A stretch of DNA of 64,000 nucleotides from Antedon mediterranea (taxonomy: Eukaryota > Animalia > Echinodermata), in NCBI RefSeq assembly GCF_964355755.1, contig NC_092679.1, positions 24,845,432 to 24,909,431 of the forward strand. Reading direction: 5' to 3'. The position numbers and the translations under genes are program-made. Under the pieces are notes generated by a model. It was not told the DNA's origin and searched no databases. It was given only the letters and a program-made list of their open reading frames with translations. Of this stretch, positions 51,794-64,000 are shown in pieces; position 1 is the first letter of the stretch, and the number at the start of each line of letters is the position of its first letter.

Positions 51794-54700
51794 CCCCTTC
51801 ACTGCGTATACCCGGTACTACCGGGTATAAACAGACGTCGTTGAAATACGTATACACGGTAATACCGGGTATGGAACAAGAGTGGAATCAACACCTGGGA
51901 ACAGTCCGAGAACTTCTCAATCCACAGAACAGAGGTCCAAAGTAACCCTAACTGATGGTATCATTCACAACCAAAGTGTCGGTTGTTTCTCTTTTGCTCA
52001 CCTTAATATGAGAAGTATAGTAAATAAATTCAACCAATTTAAAGTATTATTTTCAAAAAAACCTTTCGATATTATCTGCCTAAACGAAACCTTTTGTGAC
52101 GATACGATTTCAGACAACGAGATCTATCTTTCCGAGTTTTCGGTAATACGTAAAGACAGAAACCGACACGGTGGCGGAATGGCAATTTATATCCGAAACA
52201 GTGTGACCTTCTGTCGCCGTACAAACTTAGAATCAGATGATATCGAATGTGTTTGGATTGAAGTAAAATGTAATCAAAGACGCCCTATATTAATTTGTTC
52301 TGTTTACAGACCGCCCTCTAGTCCAGTTGAGTTTATCACTAAACTCAACGAAAATATTGATAAGGCGGTCTGCGAATGTAAACAAATCATAGTTCTTGGT
52401 GATTTTAACATTGACATGTCTAATGAAAAAAACAGTACCAATCCTTTAACCTCATGTTTTGACCAATTCCAAATGACCCAATTAATTAATGAGCCAACTC
52501 GAGTCACTAAATCAACACACACCACAATCGATCTAATATTACGCTCAAATCCTGAACTTGTTAGCGAAAGTGGTGTATTGCCTGCTCTAATTAGTGACCA
52601 TTATGTTGTGTACGGTATCCAAAATTGGAAAACTCCTAAAAACGGAAACGTTCGTTCATTACACTTTAGACGTTTCAAAGATATAAACCATGATGCCCTC
52701 CAATACGACCTAATGTGTGCACCATGGAATAATGTACTTAACTGTATTTGCGTTAAGAAAGCGTGGTCCATGTGGCACTCGTTGTTTATGGGTATTTTTA
52801 ACTATCACGCACCAACCAAATGTAAACGCATCCGAAACACATCGCTGCCATGGCTGGATGGTGAAATAATGCAACTTATGCGACAACGTGATTGCACGCA
52901 TAAAAAGGCTAAACAATCTGGTTTAGAAATAGATTGGAACACCTACAAAACGCTACGGAATAACGTTACTGATAAAATCCGAACCAAAAAAAGTGAATAT
53001 TTTAAAACAACCATCGAAAAGAACAAAGGTGATTCGTCAATGCTATGGAAGAAACTTAAAGAGGTCCTTCCAAGCAATAAAAAATCAGCCCCAAATTGTA
53101 TTATTTCCAATACTGGAATTACTATCAACAATCCTGACGACATTGCTGATATATTGAATGAACATTTCTCCACAATCGGTGAACGTATGGCGAATGCTAC
53201 AGACAGTAGTACATTTGAATCAAACCAAAACGTCTCTGAGTCAAATTCACTCGAACAATGTACATTGCCAGACATCACAGAAGAATTTGTTCAAAGTCAA
53301 ATATTAGTAATGTCTGCTGGTAAAGCAACAGGTCCTGACGACGTCAGTGTAAAAATGCTAAAACTAGCTTACCCACACGTGACAAAGTCATTAACCCATG
53401 TCCTAAACCTATCAATACGATGCGGACATTACACTACAGAGTGGAAAAAGGCTTCTGTTACACCTATTCACAAAGGAGGAGACAAAAGTAACACAAATAA
53501 TTATAGGCCAATTTCCATTCTACCAATTGTTTCAAAATTTTTAGAAAGGTGGGTACATTCGGCCGTCTATTCGTACCTTGATGTGAACAAGCTGATCCCA
53601 TCTTGTCAATCAGGGTTTAGACCGTTTCATTCAACTGAAACAACACTACATGACTTAACCAACGAGTGTTTACATGCCATGGAACAGGGTAAAATGACTG
53701 GTACTGTTTTCATAGACCTGAGCAAGGCATTTGACTCAGTTAATCATGAAATTCTGTTAGGAAAACTCAAATGTATGTGCATGTCACCATCCGTAATGGA
53801 GTGGTTTAAATCATATTTAAGTGATCGCAGTCAATATGTAAACATTGGTGGCACAAAATCGAAGTCGCGACCACTAAACATTGGTGTGCCACAGGGTTCG
53901 ATTTTGGGGCCACTGCTTTTTATCATTTACACACGTGATCTACAAAATTGCATTCCTAAAAACTGTAAGTTGTTCATGTACGCTGACGATTCAACCTTGA
54001 CATGTAGTTTACCAACCATAGACGAAATTGAAACAAATTTAAATATAGTATTAGATATAGTACACAATTGGCCAAACAGAAACAAACTCACTATAAATGC
54101 AAACAAAACTAAATCAATGCTCATCGGATCGAAAAAGAAAACATCTACTAACAACCTTAATCTAAAAATTGCAAACAATTCAGTTGAAAGGGTAGAATCC
54201 TTTAAATGCTTAGGTGTCATAATTGACGAAACGTTAAGTTGGTCACCACATGTCGAGTACGTGAACAAAACAGTTTCTTCTAAACTAGGCATGCTAAATC
54301 GGATTCGCAACTGTATTCCACAAGGCTGCATGAACACGCTATTCACTAGTCTAATAAGGCCGTCATTAGACTATTGTTGTACAGTATGGGGTGGCAGGTA
54401 TGCTTCTCATAATAAAACACTTAATAAGTGTCTAAAACGAGCTGCAAGGCTTATTTTAAAATGTCCATATCTGACTCCTTCTGTAGATATGTTCTCAGAC
54501 CTAGACTGGCTTTCATTTTCGGACAGAGTTTCATTTAAAAGGACTGTCCTTGTATTTAAATGCATAAATAAAATGACTCCCGAATATATGACTGATATAT
54601 TTACACCCTTATCCCAGTCACGTGTAACGAGGCAGTCCACATTGTTGAAGTTAAAGATTCCTTTTGCGAGAAAAGAATGTTTCTCCACAAGTTTTAGTGT

Positions 54701-55674
54701 TGTTGGTGCAACCCTGTGGAATAGCGTCGAAGAGGAGTTAAGAACCATCACATCCATAGGGTTATTTAAATCAGAACTTCATAGGAAATATATTCAGCAA
54801 AATGCTATTATGTAAATGGTTTTTAAGTCAATGCAGGGCCCCAATGGAAATCAGTTTTTAACTGTTTGGGCTTACCCTGGGTAAACAAAGTAGTAATAAT
54901 AATAATTAAAAAAAAACAATGATATAATCGTATTTGCCTATAATATACTGTATAGCACCCTCTATATTTTTTCGACGAAATTGAATATTTTTGCAAGTCA
55001 TTAAAATTTTTTTCCACCAAAAAAAACGGCCCTCTATAGTTGTATTATCGTCTTGAAAATAATAATTAATTAATTAATTATATATAGTATAGCATATATA
55101 ATAGTATTTCTACCTTGAAAAGTTGTTTTGAGTATCGTAATGGTGGCCTTTTTGAAAGTAACAAAAATTTACCAGCCCCAATAGGGCAACATCGTGTTTA
55201 TCACAACACGCAAAAAAAAAAAATTTGAAACAATAGTTAGTTTTTGTACTATAGTGAATTTTTGGAAAATGTCATTAAATTCAAGATTTTGCCCCAAAAC
55301 TTTGATTTGTGCATAATTTTTATAAAACAATAAAAATAGTTCAATTTTTTTAAATATTTTTATTTGATATACGTTTCTTCATCAATATCCAGTTGGAAAA
55401 ATGTATTCCATAAGAATTTCTTATAGAAAATATAGTTTTTATCATTGATTCAATAAAAAACATTAAATCCAAAACACCTGTAATGACGTCATTAATATGC
55501 AAATTACTTTTTTTTATACCTAACTGTAGACTAACCCTTTGCCCATCACACACCACAAAAATAATTACACAATTATCTCAATTAGTATTTTTTTTTGCAA
55601 TTTATTAAAATATCATGTTTTTCTTAAATATATATTACTCACAGAGGTGGGAATAATGCTCCGCAGTAAAAGGG
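51794..55674. mobile_element. piggyBac-type non-autonomous element carrying a LINE ORF2
   Basis: TTAA|CCCCTTCACTGCG ... CGCAGTAAAAGGG|TTAA (11/13 TIR). Left subterminal palindromes TATACCCGGTA.TACCGGGTAT. No transposase. Confidence 0.85.
51882..54815 (+). CDS. CR1/L2-group non-LTR retrotransposon ORF2 (AP endonuclease + reverse transcriptase), uninterrupted
   Basis: APE motifs HLNMRS, LNET, RHGGG, VYRPP, GDFN, TTIDL, SDH. RT motifs KATGPD, NYRPIS, QSGFR, DLSKAFD, GVPQGSILGP, YADD, CLGV, LDYC..VW, LWN. No RNase H or ORF1. 3' stem-loop + (TAA)n tail to ~54906. The GTG start is nominal. Confidence 0.95.
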   Translation: MESTPGNSPRTSQSTEQRSKVTLTDGIIHNQSVGCFSFAHLNMRSIVNKFNQFKVLFSKKPFDIICLNETFCDDTISDNEIYLSEFSVIRKDRNRHGGGMAIYIRNSVTFCRRTNLESDDIECVWIEVKCNQRRPILICSVYRPPSSPVEFITKLNENIDKAVCECKQIIVLGDFNIDMSNEKNSTNPLTSCFDQFQMTQLINEPTRVTKSTHTTIDLILRSNPELVSESGVLPALISDHYVVYGIQNWKTPKNGNVRSLHFRRFKDINHDALQYDLMCAPWNNVLNCICVKKAWSMWHSLFMGIFNYHAPTKCKRIRNTSLPWLDGEIMQLMRQRDCTHKKAKQSGLEIDWNTYKTLRNNVTDKIRTKKSEYFKTTIEKNKGDSSMLWKKLKEVLPSNKKSAPNCIISNTGITINNPDDIADILNEHFSTIGERMANATDSSTFESNQNVSESNSLEQCTLPDITEEFVQSQILVMSAGKATGPDDVSVKMLKLAYPHVTKSLTHVLNLSIRCGHYTTEWKKASVTPIHKGGDKSNTNNYRPISILPIVSKFLERWVHSAVYSYLDVNKLIPSCQSGFRPFHSTETTLHDLTNECLHAMEQGKMTGTVFIDLSKAFDSVNHEILLGKLKCMCMSPSVMEWFKSYLSDRSQYVNIGGTKSKSRPLNIGVPQGSILGPLLFIIYTRDLQNCIPKNCKLFMYADDSTLTCSLPTIDEIETNLNIVLDIVHNWPNRNKLTINANKTKSMLIGSKKKTSTNNLNLKIANNSVERVESFKCLGVIIDETLSWSPHVEYVNKTVSSKLGMLNRIRNCIPQGCMNTLFTSLIRPSLDYCCTVWGGRYASHNKTLNKCLKRAARLILKCPYLTPSVDMFSDLDWLSFSDRVSFKRTVLVFKCINKMTPEYMTDIFTPLSQSRVTRQSTLLKLKIPFARKECFSTSFSVVGATLWNSVEEELRTITSIGLFKSELHRKYIQQNAIM

Positions 55675-58045
55675 TTAAAATGACGTCATACGAACACGTT
55701 GATTTAGACCATTTGCGCGCATTTTAGTTGAAAAAGTTATAAAATATTGTCAAAATAATGCCAATTTTGAATCTTCAATCTTATTCAGGATCAAAGGTGA
55801 CCTCCAATTTTTTTAACTTATTATGTAAGAAGATAAATTGTAGATATGAATTCATGCAGAATTTTTACCTCTCGGATGTTATGACATCATCGTATGGCCA
55901 CACGAAAGTAAAATATAGGATTTTTGTCTCTTTCGTTATTGCTCATCATATTCAACAGAGTGCATCTCGCTTATACGTATTCCATTTCCCCCGAGATTTT
56001 AATATTGTCTACTTTAATCAACTATCTTTCGTATGAGTTAAAAATAGTTTAATTTTTATGACGTCATCATGTCTAAAAATGTAAATAACGTGGGTCACTT
56101 ATTTTCATTTTTACAGTAAATTTCAATCTGTTATAGCTCGTCAGAATAAAAAGTGATAATCATGTTTAAAACGTTTTCTGGAAGCTATTGGATTGTAGAT
56201 ACGAATTCATGTGAATATTTTGCCAATCAGATGTTGTGACATCATCATATGGCCAGTTGAATAAAAAAAGTTGTATTTTCATATTTTGCTTCATAGTTCA
56301 TCACATTTAAAAGAGCGCGCATCTATATTTTACGTATTCAAATTTCTTCTACACGTTAATATGTTGTTGCTGCGATAATTTCCTTCCGAAATTGCTATAT
56401 TAGTGTTTCATTTTGATACTGTCAGTCACCATGTTAAAAATTGGAATAAATGGCGTGACCCGTAATTTCACCTATTCTACACTGTATGTAATATGTATAC
56501 AGATTTTACTATGATACTGTAAATATAGTATATGACACAAAATATACAGCATTCAGTACTAACAACATATCATACTCTTCAGTTTAGGTCATAATGCCAT
56601 AATCTTTTTCTGTGTGCAATATTCCAACGTATGACATGCACGTGGCGTTTGTTGGGCGGATAACTAACTCGTCAAAGTGACGAGTTTCATGTCTAGTTTA
56701 CTTTTATTTCACACTACAATTCATACTTTTTGGATCAAAGAGCTGAAAGCAGCTACATAGCTTGTTTTATCAGCAGTCAGGGTGGTCAGCGATGAAAACA
56801 AAATTATGCTAGGTGGCAGCACAATATTATGCCAGGTTATGCTACCTGTAGGCACAATTATGGCCAAATGTCACCAAAACATTGTATCAGAAACATGTAA
56901 TGCTTCAGAATTGGTTTGTCAGAATTGACAATAGAAAAAATAGGAATTTCTGATTGGAGATCCACTTCAGGAACACCTGTACTGGCTTCAAAGGTGTACA
57001 TTTAAAAAAATACTAAATCTTTCATCAATGACTCAATTAAAGTGGTCAACTAAAAGCCTGGTTTGTTTTTGTGGTCAATACCGTGATTATATTCCTGGGT
57101 CATTTAACCTCAAAGGTTATCATGCTTCTTGAGGTCAATTTATAAACAATGCTATCCAGTCTTTGAAGGTAATGATGTGATGATTATGTATTTACTCTTT
57201 TAAAAGTCTTCTTTATCTTACTAGATAAGGAAGAGAAATAGTAACACAGAATTAGCATTTACTGAAAATGTGTCCTGGAAATACCATGGAATTTCACACA
57301 GTTATAATAACCAGTTTTTTTTTCGCGTCAAAATTAGGCTGTAGTGCAATTTCTGTTTATAAATAACCAAAACAAAAACCATGTAACCTATGTTGAAAGA
57401 TATTCTCCATACATTTCCATAAAGGTACGATTAGTAAAGGTTCCCAACTTATTTTTATTAAGAAATATGTCAATAACTGGATTCGAACAAATATGTCAAC
57501 AGTCTTTATTCAATTACTATGAAAGTTATATGTTAGTAACTTAATTGGAAATATTTAGTCATAGCTGGTAATGACCTGAACAGTTTATATGAATGTAGCA
57601 TTGTATTCATATGGCCTGACAAAAACAGACATAGCCTAGACATCATCACTTCAAGATGTTGTCTCAAAGGAATAGCTGTGGAAATAGGTTTTCTGTCTAC
57701 TTTAATGATGTACTTACCCTTTGACATTATCCCCATTTGGAAACTTTAGGCAAAAACCAAAAGTTGAATTGCAGACGAAAGTTGTATATTGTACTGTGTT
57801 CTGTATATGACATGAGGGTAGGTAAGTTTAACTACTTCCAGTATGCCATTTATGCATTCATTTTAGGTATAGTATATTCATTAATGTTTTAACTCAAACT
57901 ATAGGTCAAGTTCATTGATCACTAGTAAACCATTTTCATCCAGGATTTTGAAATAGACTTGGAGAGAGCAGGGTTTTAAAATGGTGGTGAAATTAAGTGC
58001 TAAGCTTTAATTTGTTATCCTATTTTTTGCATTACAATTTTTGAA

Positions 58046-58201
58046 ATTTAATGTTGCTGATAATAGTCACTTTTGTTTTCAATTTGTAACAAGCTAACCC
58101 CTGTATAATTCTGATGACACTTTATTTAATGTTGCTGATAATAGTCACTTTTGTTTTCAATTTGTAACAAGTTAACACCTGTATAATTCTGATGACACTT
58201 T
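58046..58201 (+). repeat. 78-bp tandem duplication
   Basis: ATTTAATGTTGCTGATAATAGTCAC...CTGATGACACTTT x2, with two mismatches. Confidence 0.9.
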
Positions 58202-60661
58202 AATTATTACACCACATTTTAAGAATGAGTTTTTGTAATAAAAAAGGCTACACAACTGGCTATAATTTGTTTGAACAGCAACTTACCCTATTAAATGATA
58301 GATTGATGCCAAATTTCACCAATCAGGGTGGGGCAGGCTGAGGTGGTTGAATATCCTAAACCCTATGAGTATGACTACTAAATCTAGCAATAGCCACACG
58401 ATTACTTACATTGGCCGGCAAGCAAGTTTATTCGAAAAGGGCTCTAGAAATGTGGTATACTATTATTATTAAGTGTATCTTTTCTTGTGAATACATTTAG
58501 CTTCTGGTATCAATTTCCGGCGAACTCAAAGCTCCTTATTATCAACATTTTCTTACCTCAGGACCATGGTGAGGCTTAGGTAGTGAAGTTGGTTTCCACC
58601 CCTACAACCGAAATCCTGAATCAGATTATCTTTTTAACCTCTCTACCAAATTTGAACCCCTGTCTAAAAATTGTGGCTACAGGCCAGTTCTGTTGCTATA
58701 ACTGAAGATGCATTTTAGTTGTTATCAACCATTTTATACTCATCAACCATTTTATAGATTAATTCTATAAAGTAATACAGACATAAATGTTCACTTTATT
58801 TTCAGAATACAATACATTTCTAAGTTAGCTGTTGACCCATCAACACCTTTCTTTTATCACCAAGTTAATTTGCAAACATGCAAAAACTATTAACCTGAGG
58901 GTTTAGGATGTCCCATGATGACCTGAAATTGACTTCTCCTGACTTTTAACCTTTAGAATAATAGTCAGTTTATTTCCTGGAAGATGAACAAGTTGTATTT
59001 ATAAAAGAACACAACACAAAAATTGCTTACGGTTACAGCATCAAATTATTTTTGATATCATCAATCAATTATTATTAAAATTATTCGTTATTTATAAAGA
59101 AAGATCAAAGTGCTGTACAGGCAATATCAGAAACGAACTAATACATAAAATAAATGGTTAAAGAGCACTATTTGAAACAAGTAAGTTTTAAGATAATGAT
59201 AATACTGTAATAATAACTTATTTAGAAGTGAAAAGTACTGTACTAATTGTATCACGCCCGCCGCTCATACAACAAAAAGTTTTAATGTACGAATATCCGT
59301 CCATGTGTTGGGTACGTTTTAATATTTTTGCGGTTCACATATATTTTCTATGCTACAAATAATTTTTTGTAGTTATGTCATGGACTAAAATTGTGTTCAT
59401 TAGTGACCACTTTAGGAAATTTACAGCAAAATAAGTTCTGCTCTAAAACACCGGAGCCTCCTGGGCCTTCGTCCCTTGGACTCCGACCAGGCTTCTTGGC
59501 AGCCCCTGACTCAGCTCTCAAAGTACTCAATATTAATGTTTTACAAATCCTGCACATGCTCCTGGTACAGTATTGGAATTAATTTTGGAATCTGATCATA
59601 ATCATCAAACTCATTCATTGTAGTTCAGCTGAAAACTTTACTAAATACATCAATCTGCTGGTTTGTAAAGGGTGGGGTAGGTCATGGACAATTTATTAAT
59701 TGATAAGTGTATTATTATTATTATTAAACTCTTCCAAGCTTAGGTGAACCTTCATCAGCGGCCATGATCACAATGCTCAACCTATTGGAATGCTAGGCTT
59801 GTCTGTATATCAGGCTACGAGTATAACTTCTGACTCTTTACATTCTGTTATATCTTCAGTATTTATAAATTTTATATTTATAAAAAATGTATTTGATACT
59901 GATAGTTTTTTAGTTTCTGTTATTTCTTGGTGTTGAAATTTTGTTTGAACTTCATGGTAGTCAGTGATAAATTAGTTAATAAGTTAATTATTTCAAATTA
60001 TTAAAAACTAAGTAATAATTATTATTGAAAAAGCAAAGCAGACGGTATTTACCATAAAATAACTATTTGATGGCTTTCTTTAAATTGTTGACAAATTTGA
60101 TAGATATTAGTTTAGAAGTACATAGTATAAAACATACAGGTAATAATTATATCAATCTACAATAAATAGGTCGTGTTAAAAGTGTTCTCAAAGTACACGT
60201 TTTGATAATTGTTCAAATTTGTGTTTCTCGTCTTTTAATATAATGTTTAAGAGTCAATGCCTGATGAGCCAGGGAGTCTATACTCATGCCAAACCTTCAT
60301 TGCATAAAATATGCTGCTTAAAATCTCTAGCAACTTAGGGAGTGAGCTAATTTGACCTTGACTGAATTGCCTGCCTAGCTACAATATTGCACATCTTGCT
60401 AGCTATCACCATATCACAGTCTGGCTTCTTGCAATGATGTACTCTATGCCTCATGCTAAATAAGCCGTAAGCAGCACATTGTAGCTCTCTCAAATTCTTC
60501 ACTAATCAAACTCTACAAATTCAAAAATAAGTTTTGTTCTAGTATATGTTGCTGATGTGTATGGACTGGTGCTAGTTCTGCTAGATTGTAGTACATGTGT
60601 GCTAATTTATTTTTTAAGTAAAAAGCTGGCAAGTCAAAGTGATTATATGTACAACAACTCA

Positions 60662-60711
60662 ATGGAGGTGTTTTGGAAAAAGATTGTGGAGAATGAGGAT
60701 CTGTTTCAGGG
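60662..60711 (+). CDS. Candidate short first coding exon (phase 2)
   Basis: MEVFWKKIVENEDLFQG, then strong donor GG|GTGAGT. Unique UTR-like upstream sequence. Confidence 0.3.
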
Positions 60712-62335
60712 GTGAGTTTTTAACAAAACACATTTCAACATTCTCATTATTTCAATTCCATTGTCATTGTTTCATTTCTATTCATTTGTCATTGATTAGG
60801 CTAGAATCTTTTCTGATGTTGAGCATTTTATTTTCCATTGAGTATTAATGGGTTATTTCAAAGTTCAATGACAATGTTTTTTAACATTTATATAAAAAGT
60901 GCCAGATTATTTGCATTGATTTAAATGTTATGATTGTTGGTATCTGCTACTTGTACTTCTGGTATATAAACAATTACAGTATGTATGTGATTTCACTGTG
61001 TAGGCATTTATCAATTGTTTAGTATTAAAATATTATTTACATTAGTATGTGATCAGAAACTTTGTTTGTGTGAGCAAAAAAAATAATGAAGATTTTTATT
61101 TAAAATGTAAAACACAAAGTCTCTGAATCAATTCTAGTCATACCAATCTGTTATATATAAAATGTTCTCCAGTTTTATATACAGTAGTCCCCAGGTCACG
61201 AAAGATGATCTTCTACCCACAGTCTATGGAATCTTAAGCTAAGGGCAAAAACAAGTACATTCACCTCAAATGACTTATTATAATATATTACAAAGAAAAC
61301 ATAAATAATATCAGTTTTGTCAGACTAGAAGCGTAGTATGGGAATTTTTCATGTCGGTTGAACACTAAAATATATAATTTTGGAAATGTAATTTACTTTT
61401 TAGAATTATTCATGAGACTGCTATCCATAATTGATGGATTGCAGCATATATATTTATTTGTATTAAAACGACTCACAAAATCTAAATGAATATTTCTATA
61501 AATGATAATGTCTCGGAAATGTATCAACTACTCTATTGTAAAATCAACAATTTTAATATATTTAACCTTTTTGTACAACCTAGGTATTTTAAGTTGATCA
61601 GTTTTAGAATTTTTAATTTTGATAATCAAATATGCGATTCTAGCGAACTTATTGGTAAACTACTTCAGGCCGTAAGGGCCGTTTTATGGTTCAGAATCAG
61701 GCAAAAACAAAAACCTTATTTTGTCCACAAAACAAGTGGGAATAATGTCTTATAGCAACATGCATTGTTAATACTGTATTTTGTTGCATGTGGTTTATTC
61801 AATATGAAATGTCGAATGATAACATATTTTTTTGTAAGTACAGTATTTAAATTATTTGACGGCGCTTAATGCTTGTTTTCATAGACATTCACATTGAACG
61901 CAACTCGACGCAAATCAAAAGCCATTGCTCAACTAGTAGTCCAATACTCATTGCTAACAAGGTTGCTACGGCCCTGTACTACTAGTACTCATTGTTGATG
62001 GAATAGGTATAACAACTTGTCTTATTCTCACTAATGTTAGCTTTGAAATCTTTTATATCCATAACATGCAGCTTGTCTCCAGGCAGATTCTTTTCACAGG
62101 ACTGTTTTCTCAAATGCTGTTTGTTGTTTTGTTAACATCTTTCAGCCAGTCAAGAACTGTCTTCCCTGGGTATATAAATACTGCTTTTATAAATAAAAAC
62201 ACAAACTATCAGAATAATGCTCCAAAAATGTTTGAAATAAAGGAAAATGGCCTACTTTATTCAAAAACTAGGTCAACATCTGTTGTCTTATAATATCAAC
62301 TATTATATGCTACTTTTGTATCTATAAAGATTTAA

Positions 62336-62805
62336 AGCCACATCCCCTACGTTTTTTTTATCTAATTTAAGGTGAATGGTCATAAACGGCATTTTATGAA
62401 AATTCAAATACTGTATGAGCTTATTGCGATAATATTTTTTGCCTTTAAATTGTAAAAATGTGAAATATAAGTCAATTTTAATAATTAAAGCAGCCCGCTA
62501 TAAATACATGTGAATTGATAGTTTTGTTTTGCTTCTGTGATGCACCCACTTTTGATCGATCACGAAAGCAAAACAAATAGAAGAACCGTAACTTTTCAAT
62601 TTTTATTAACATAAAAAGAAAGATAATGCAGCAATGCCAGACTAGGCCTGTACTGTAGCTAGCGCACGATGTTCATACGATGTTTAAATACCAGCTAGGC
62701 CTACAAAACTAAGTCTAGCCAGGCTAGGCCTAAGATTGTCCATGATATGACATTCGACGCAAGCTATTTGGGTAGTGCATTGTTTTTCGCTTTTTATCGT
62801 AATTA
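62336..62805 (+). mobile_element. Diverged 3'-truncated copy of Kolobok-like MITE A
   Basis: TTAA|AGCCACATCCCCTACG start. Colinear with 44343 up to GGTAGTGCATTGTTT. Confidence 0.75.
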
Positions 62806-62894
62806 ACTCAAAAGGAAGATTTACTGAGCTAGAAGCTGACTCGACCCATGTTGCAATGTAAAAGAAATTATCTACAAACAATTGTATATATATC

Positions 62895-62933
62895 TCACCG
62901 GGCGGTTTAGAATTAATGTTCTTTGCCTGTTGT

Positions 62934-62967
<34 letters not shown>

Positions 62968-63135
62968 CCAAAGGCAAATTACTGAAAAAAATGACAATGC
63001 TGTGGGTATCAGTGGCTGGATCTCAATGGAGATACAAAAATAAAAAGCGAAAAGCTAAATCAAAACGATAAAGTAAACAGCCAGAAAAGTTAGCAGAGCT
63101 TTCGGGCAACACTAGCCCTTCATCAGTGCAAGTGC
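62895..63135 (-). mobile_element. Penelope-like/retrozyme-like element P2 associated with (TA)n
   Basis: Hammerhead at its minus-strand 5' end. Second near-identical copy at 29592-29763. Confidence 0.7.
63093..63129 (-). ncRNA. Minimal type I hammerhead ribozyme, core intact
   Basis: Minus strand: GCA CTGATGA A GGGC tagtgtt GCCC GAAA GCTC/TGC. Stem I GCA/TGC, stem II GGGC/GCCC, palindromic AGCT stem III. Predicted cut between 63096 and 63095. Confidence 0.85.
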
Positions 63136-64000
63136 TCTCTAATTTAGGCTAATTTAGTTTAGTAGAAGTTTTTAGTGAATCCAAATATAATCCCACCAAT
63201 TCGTATCCAGTCCCCCTGTTTTAAATAGAAACAAAAGCAGTAAAAATAATATATTCATTCTGTTTTGCTGAAAAAGTGATTTTTTTAAATAGTTTTTTTG
63301 TGTTTTCACTTTTGTTTACGCCTATATAACTATCAGATCAAATGATCTCCATAAATAAAATATATTCCTGTAACAGTATGAATGATATAGTATTCAAATT
63401 CACCATATTTTTTGTTGATGTAAAGAGTCGTCGCCTTGCTGCCTACTCTACTTTGAAGAGTTTTAGCTTGTTGTAATAATTTAGCCTAGCTCATAAATTA
63501 TACGGCGACACCATATAAAAATCCATGCATGTTTATTATACAGTTACCATACTATTACTAGAGACTTCAGTGCAGTTTTACAAAATGCAATTTTGTTTAC
63601 AATTATTTGTTCCTATTTTGATTTGGTGTAGAAGAAAATTAAAAAGCTATTTGCAAAAGAAATTTGAAATTGAAATTTTGTCATAAAACGTTTTGTTTTA
63701 AAGTTATATTTTAAAAATAACATATGTGATGTTAATTTATTATTCTATTGTCTACAGCTATATTTTTTTATACCAAGTTGACCATAAAATGAAACTGATT
63801 AAGAGCCTGTTCACATGCTGTATAATGTAGGCTATTGCATTAGTTGGTATAAATTTAGATATAAATTTTAAATAATTTGTATACAGTATGGTATTACAGA
63901 TAAGCAACAAATATAGTTAATAATTGTTTTTATCTCTCAGAAATTACTTAAAGATAAAAACTAATAAACTGTAAAGGATATGCCTGTAGTTAAACACTAC

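Larger units (their letters stand above)
51227..56697 (+). mobile_element. Non-autonomous Helentron (same family as the 33-39 kb stack), split by a piggyBac-type insertion
   Basis: 5' TTAGTTATCCGC..GCGGATAACT hairpin. 3' GCGGATAAC-TAACTCGTCAAAGTGACGAGTT-..CTAGT. The halves rejoin at a TTAA present in the uninterrupted copies. Confidence 0.9.

Noticed and set aside
51873-51905. RVESTPGN as a 2A-like (DVExNPGP) peptide upstream of the APE domain
   Set aside because: Three invariant residues (D, N, final P) are missing; at most a coincidence or a remnant.
52304-54757. Minus-strand ORFs overlapping the LINE ORF2
   Set aside because: Shadow ORFs with no recognisable motifs.
46343-58690. CAGGCCTGTAACTAG (46343) and GGCTACAGGCCAG (~58676) as ends of one 12-kb hAT element
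   Set aside because: Weak TIR match and no TSD; more likely independent solo ends.
59725-59762. Minus-strand CTGATGAAGG...TTGGAAGAG possible hammerhead
   Set aside because: Core GAAA and cleavage triplet are absent; too degenerate to call.
60255-60300. CTGATGAGCC...CAAAC possible hammerhead
   Set aside because: No GAAA, stem II does not close, and there is no stem I partner.

Overview
AT-rich, gene-poor eukaryotic DNA, probably intronic or intergenic sequence of a marine invertebrate (a Deu-domain-like SINE and abundant TAGGCCTA motifs suggest an echinoderm-type deuterostome; this is inference). Most of the window is nested transposable elements whose ends and target-site duplications (TSDs) can be read directly. 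The only long intact ORF is a 977-aa APE+RT ORF2 of a CR1/L2-group LINE (51882-54815). It lies inside a TTAA-flanked piggyBac-type element, which in turn splits a non-autonomous Helentron. Other highlights: (i) a Russian-doll stack of four Helentrons inside a Ginger-like element; (ii) two Penelope-type hammerhead ribozyme families, one with an intact core and one with a retrocopy starting exactly at the predicted cleavage site; (iii) a decayed Gypsy integrase whose C-terminal motif is amplified 7x in frame; (iv) several TIR elements with 4-, 5- and 6-bp TSDs; (v) weak candidates for short alternative first exons of an unidentified + strand host gene. No rRNA, bona fide tRNA or CRISPR array was found. 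Most short ORFs in the track are repeat artefacts.
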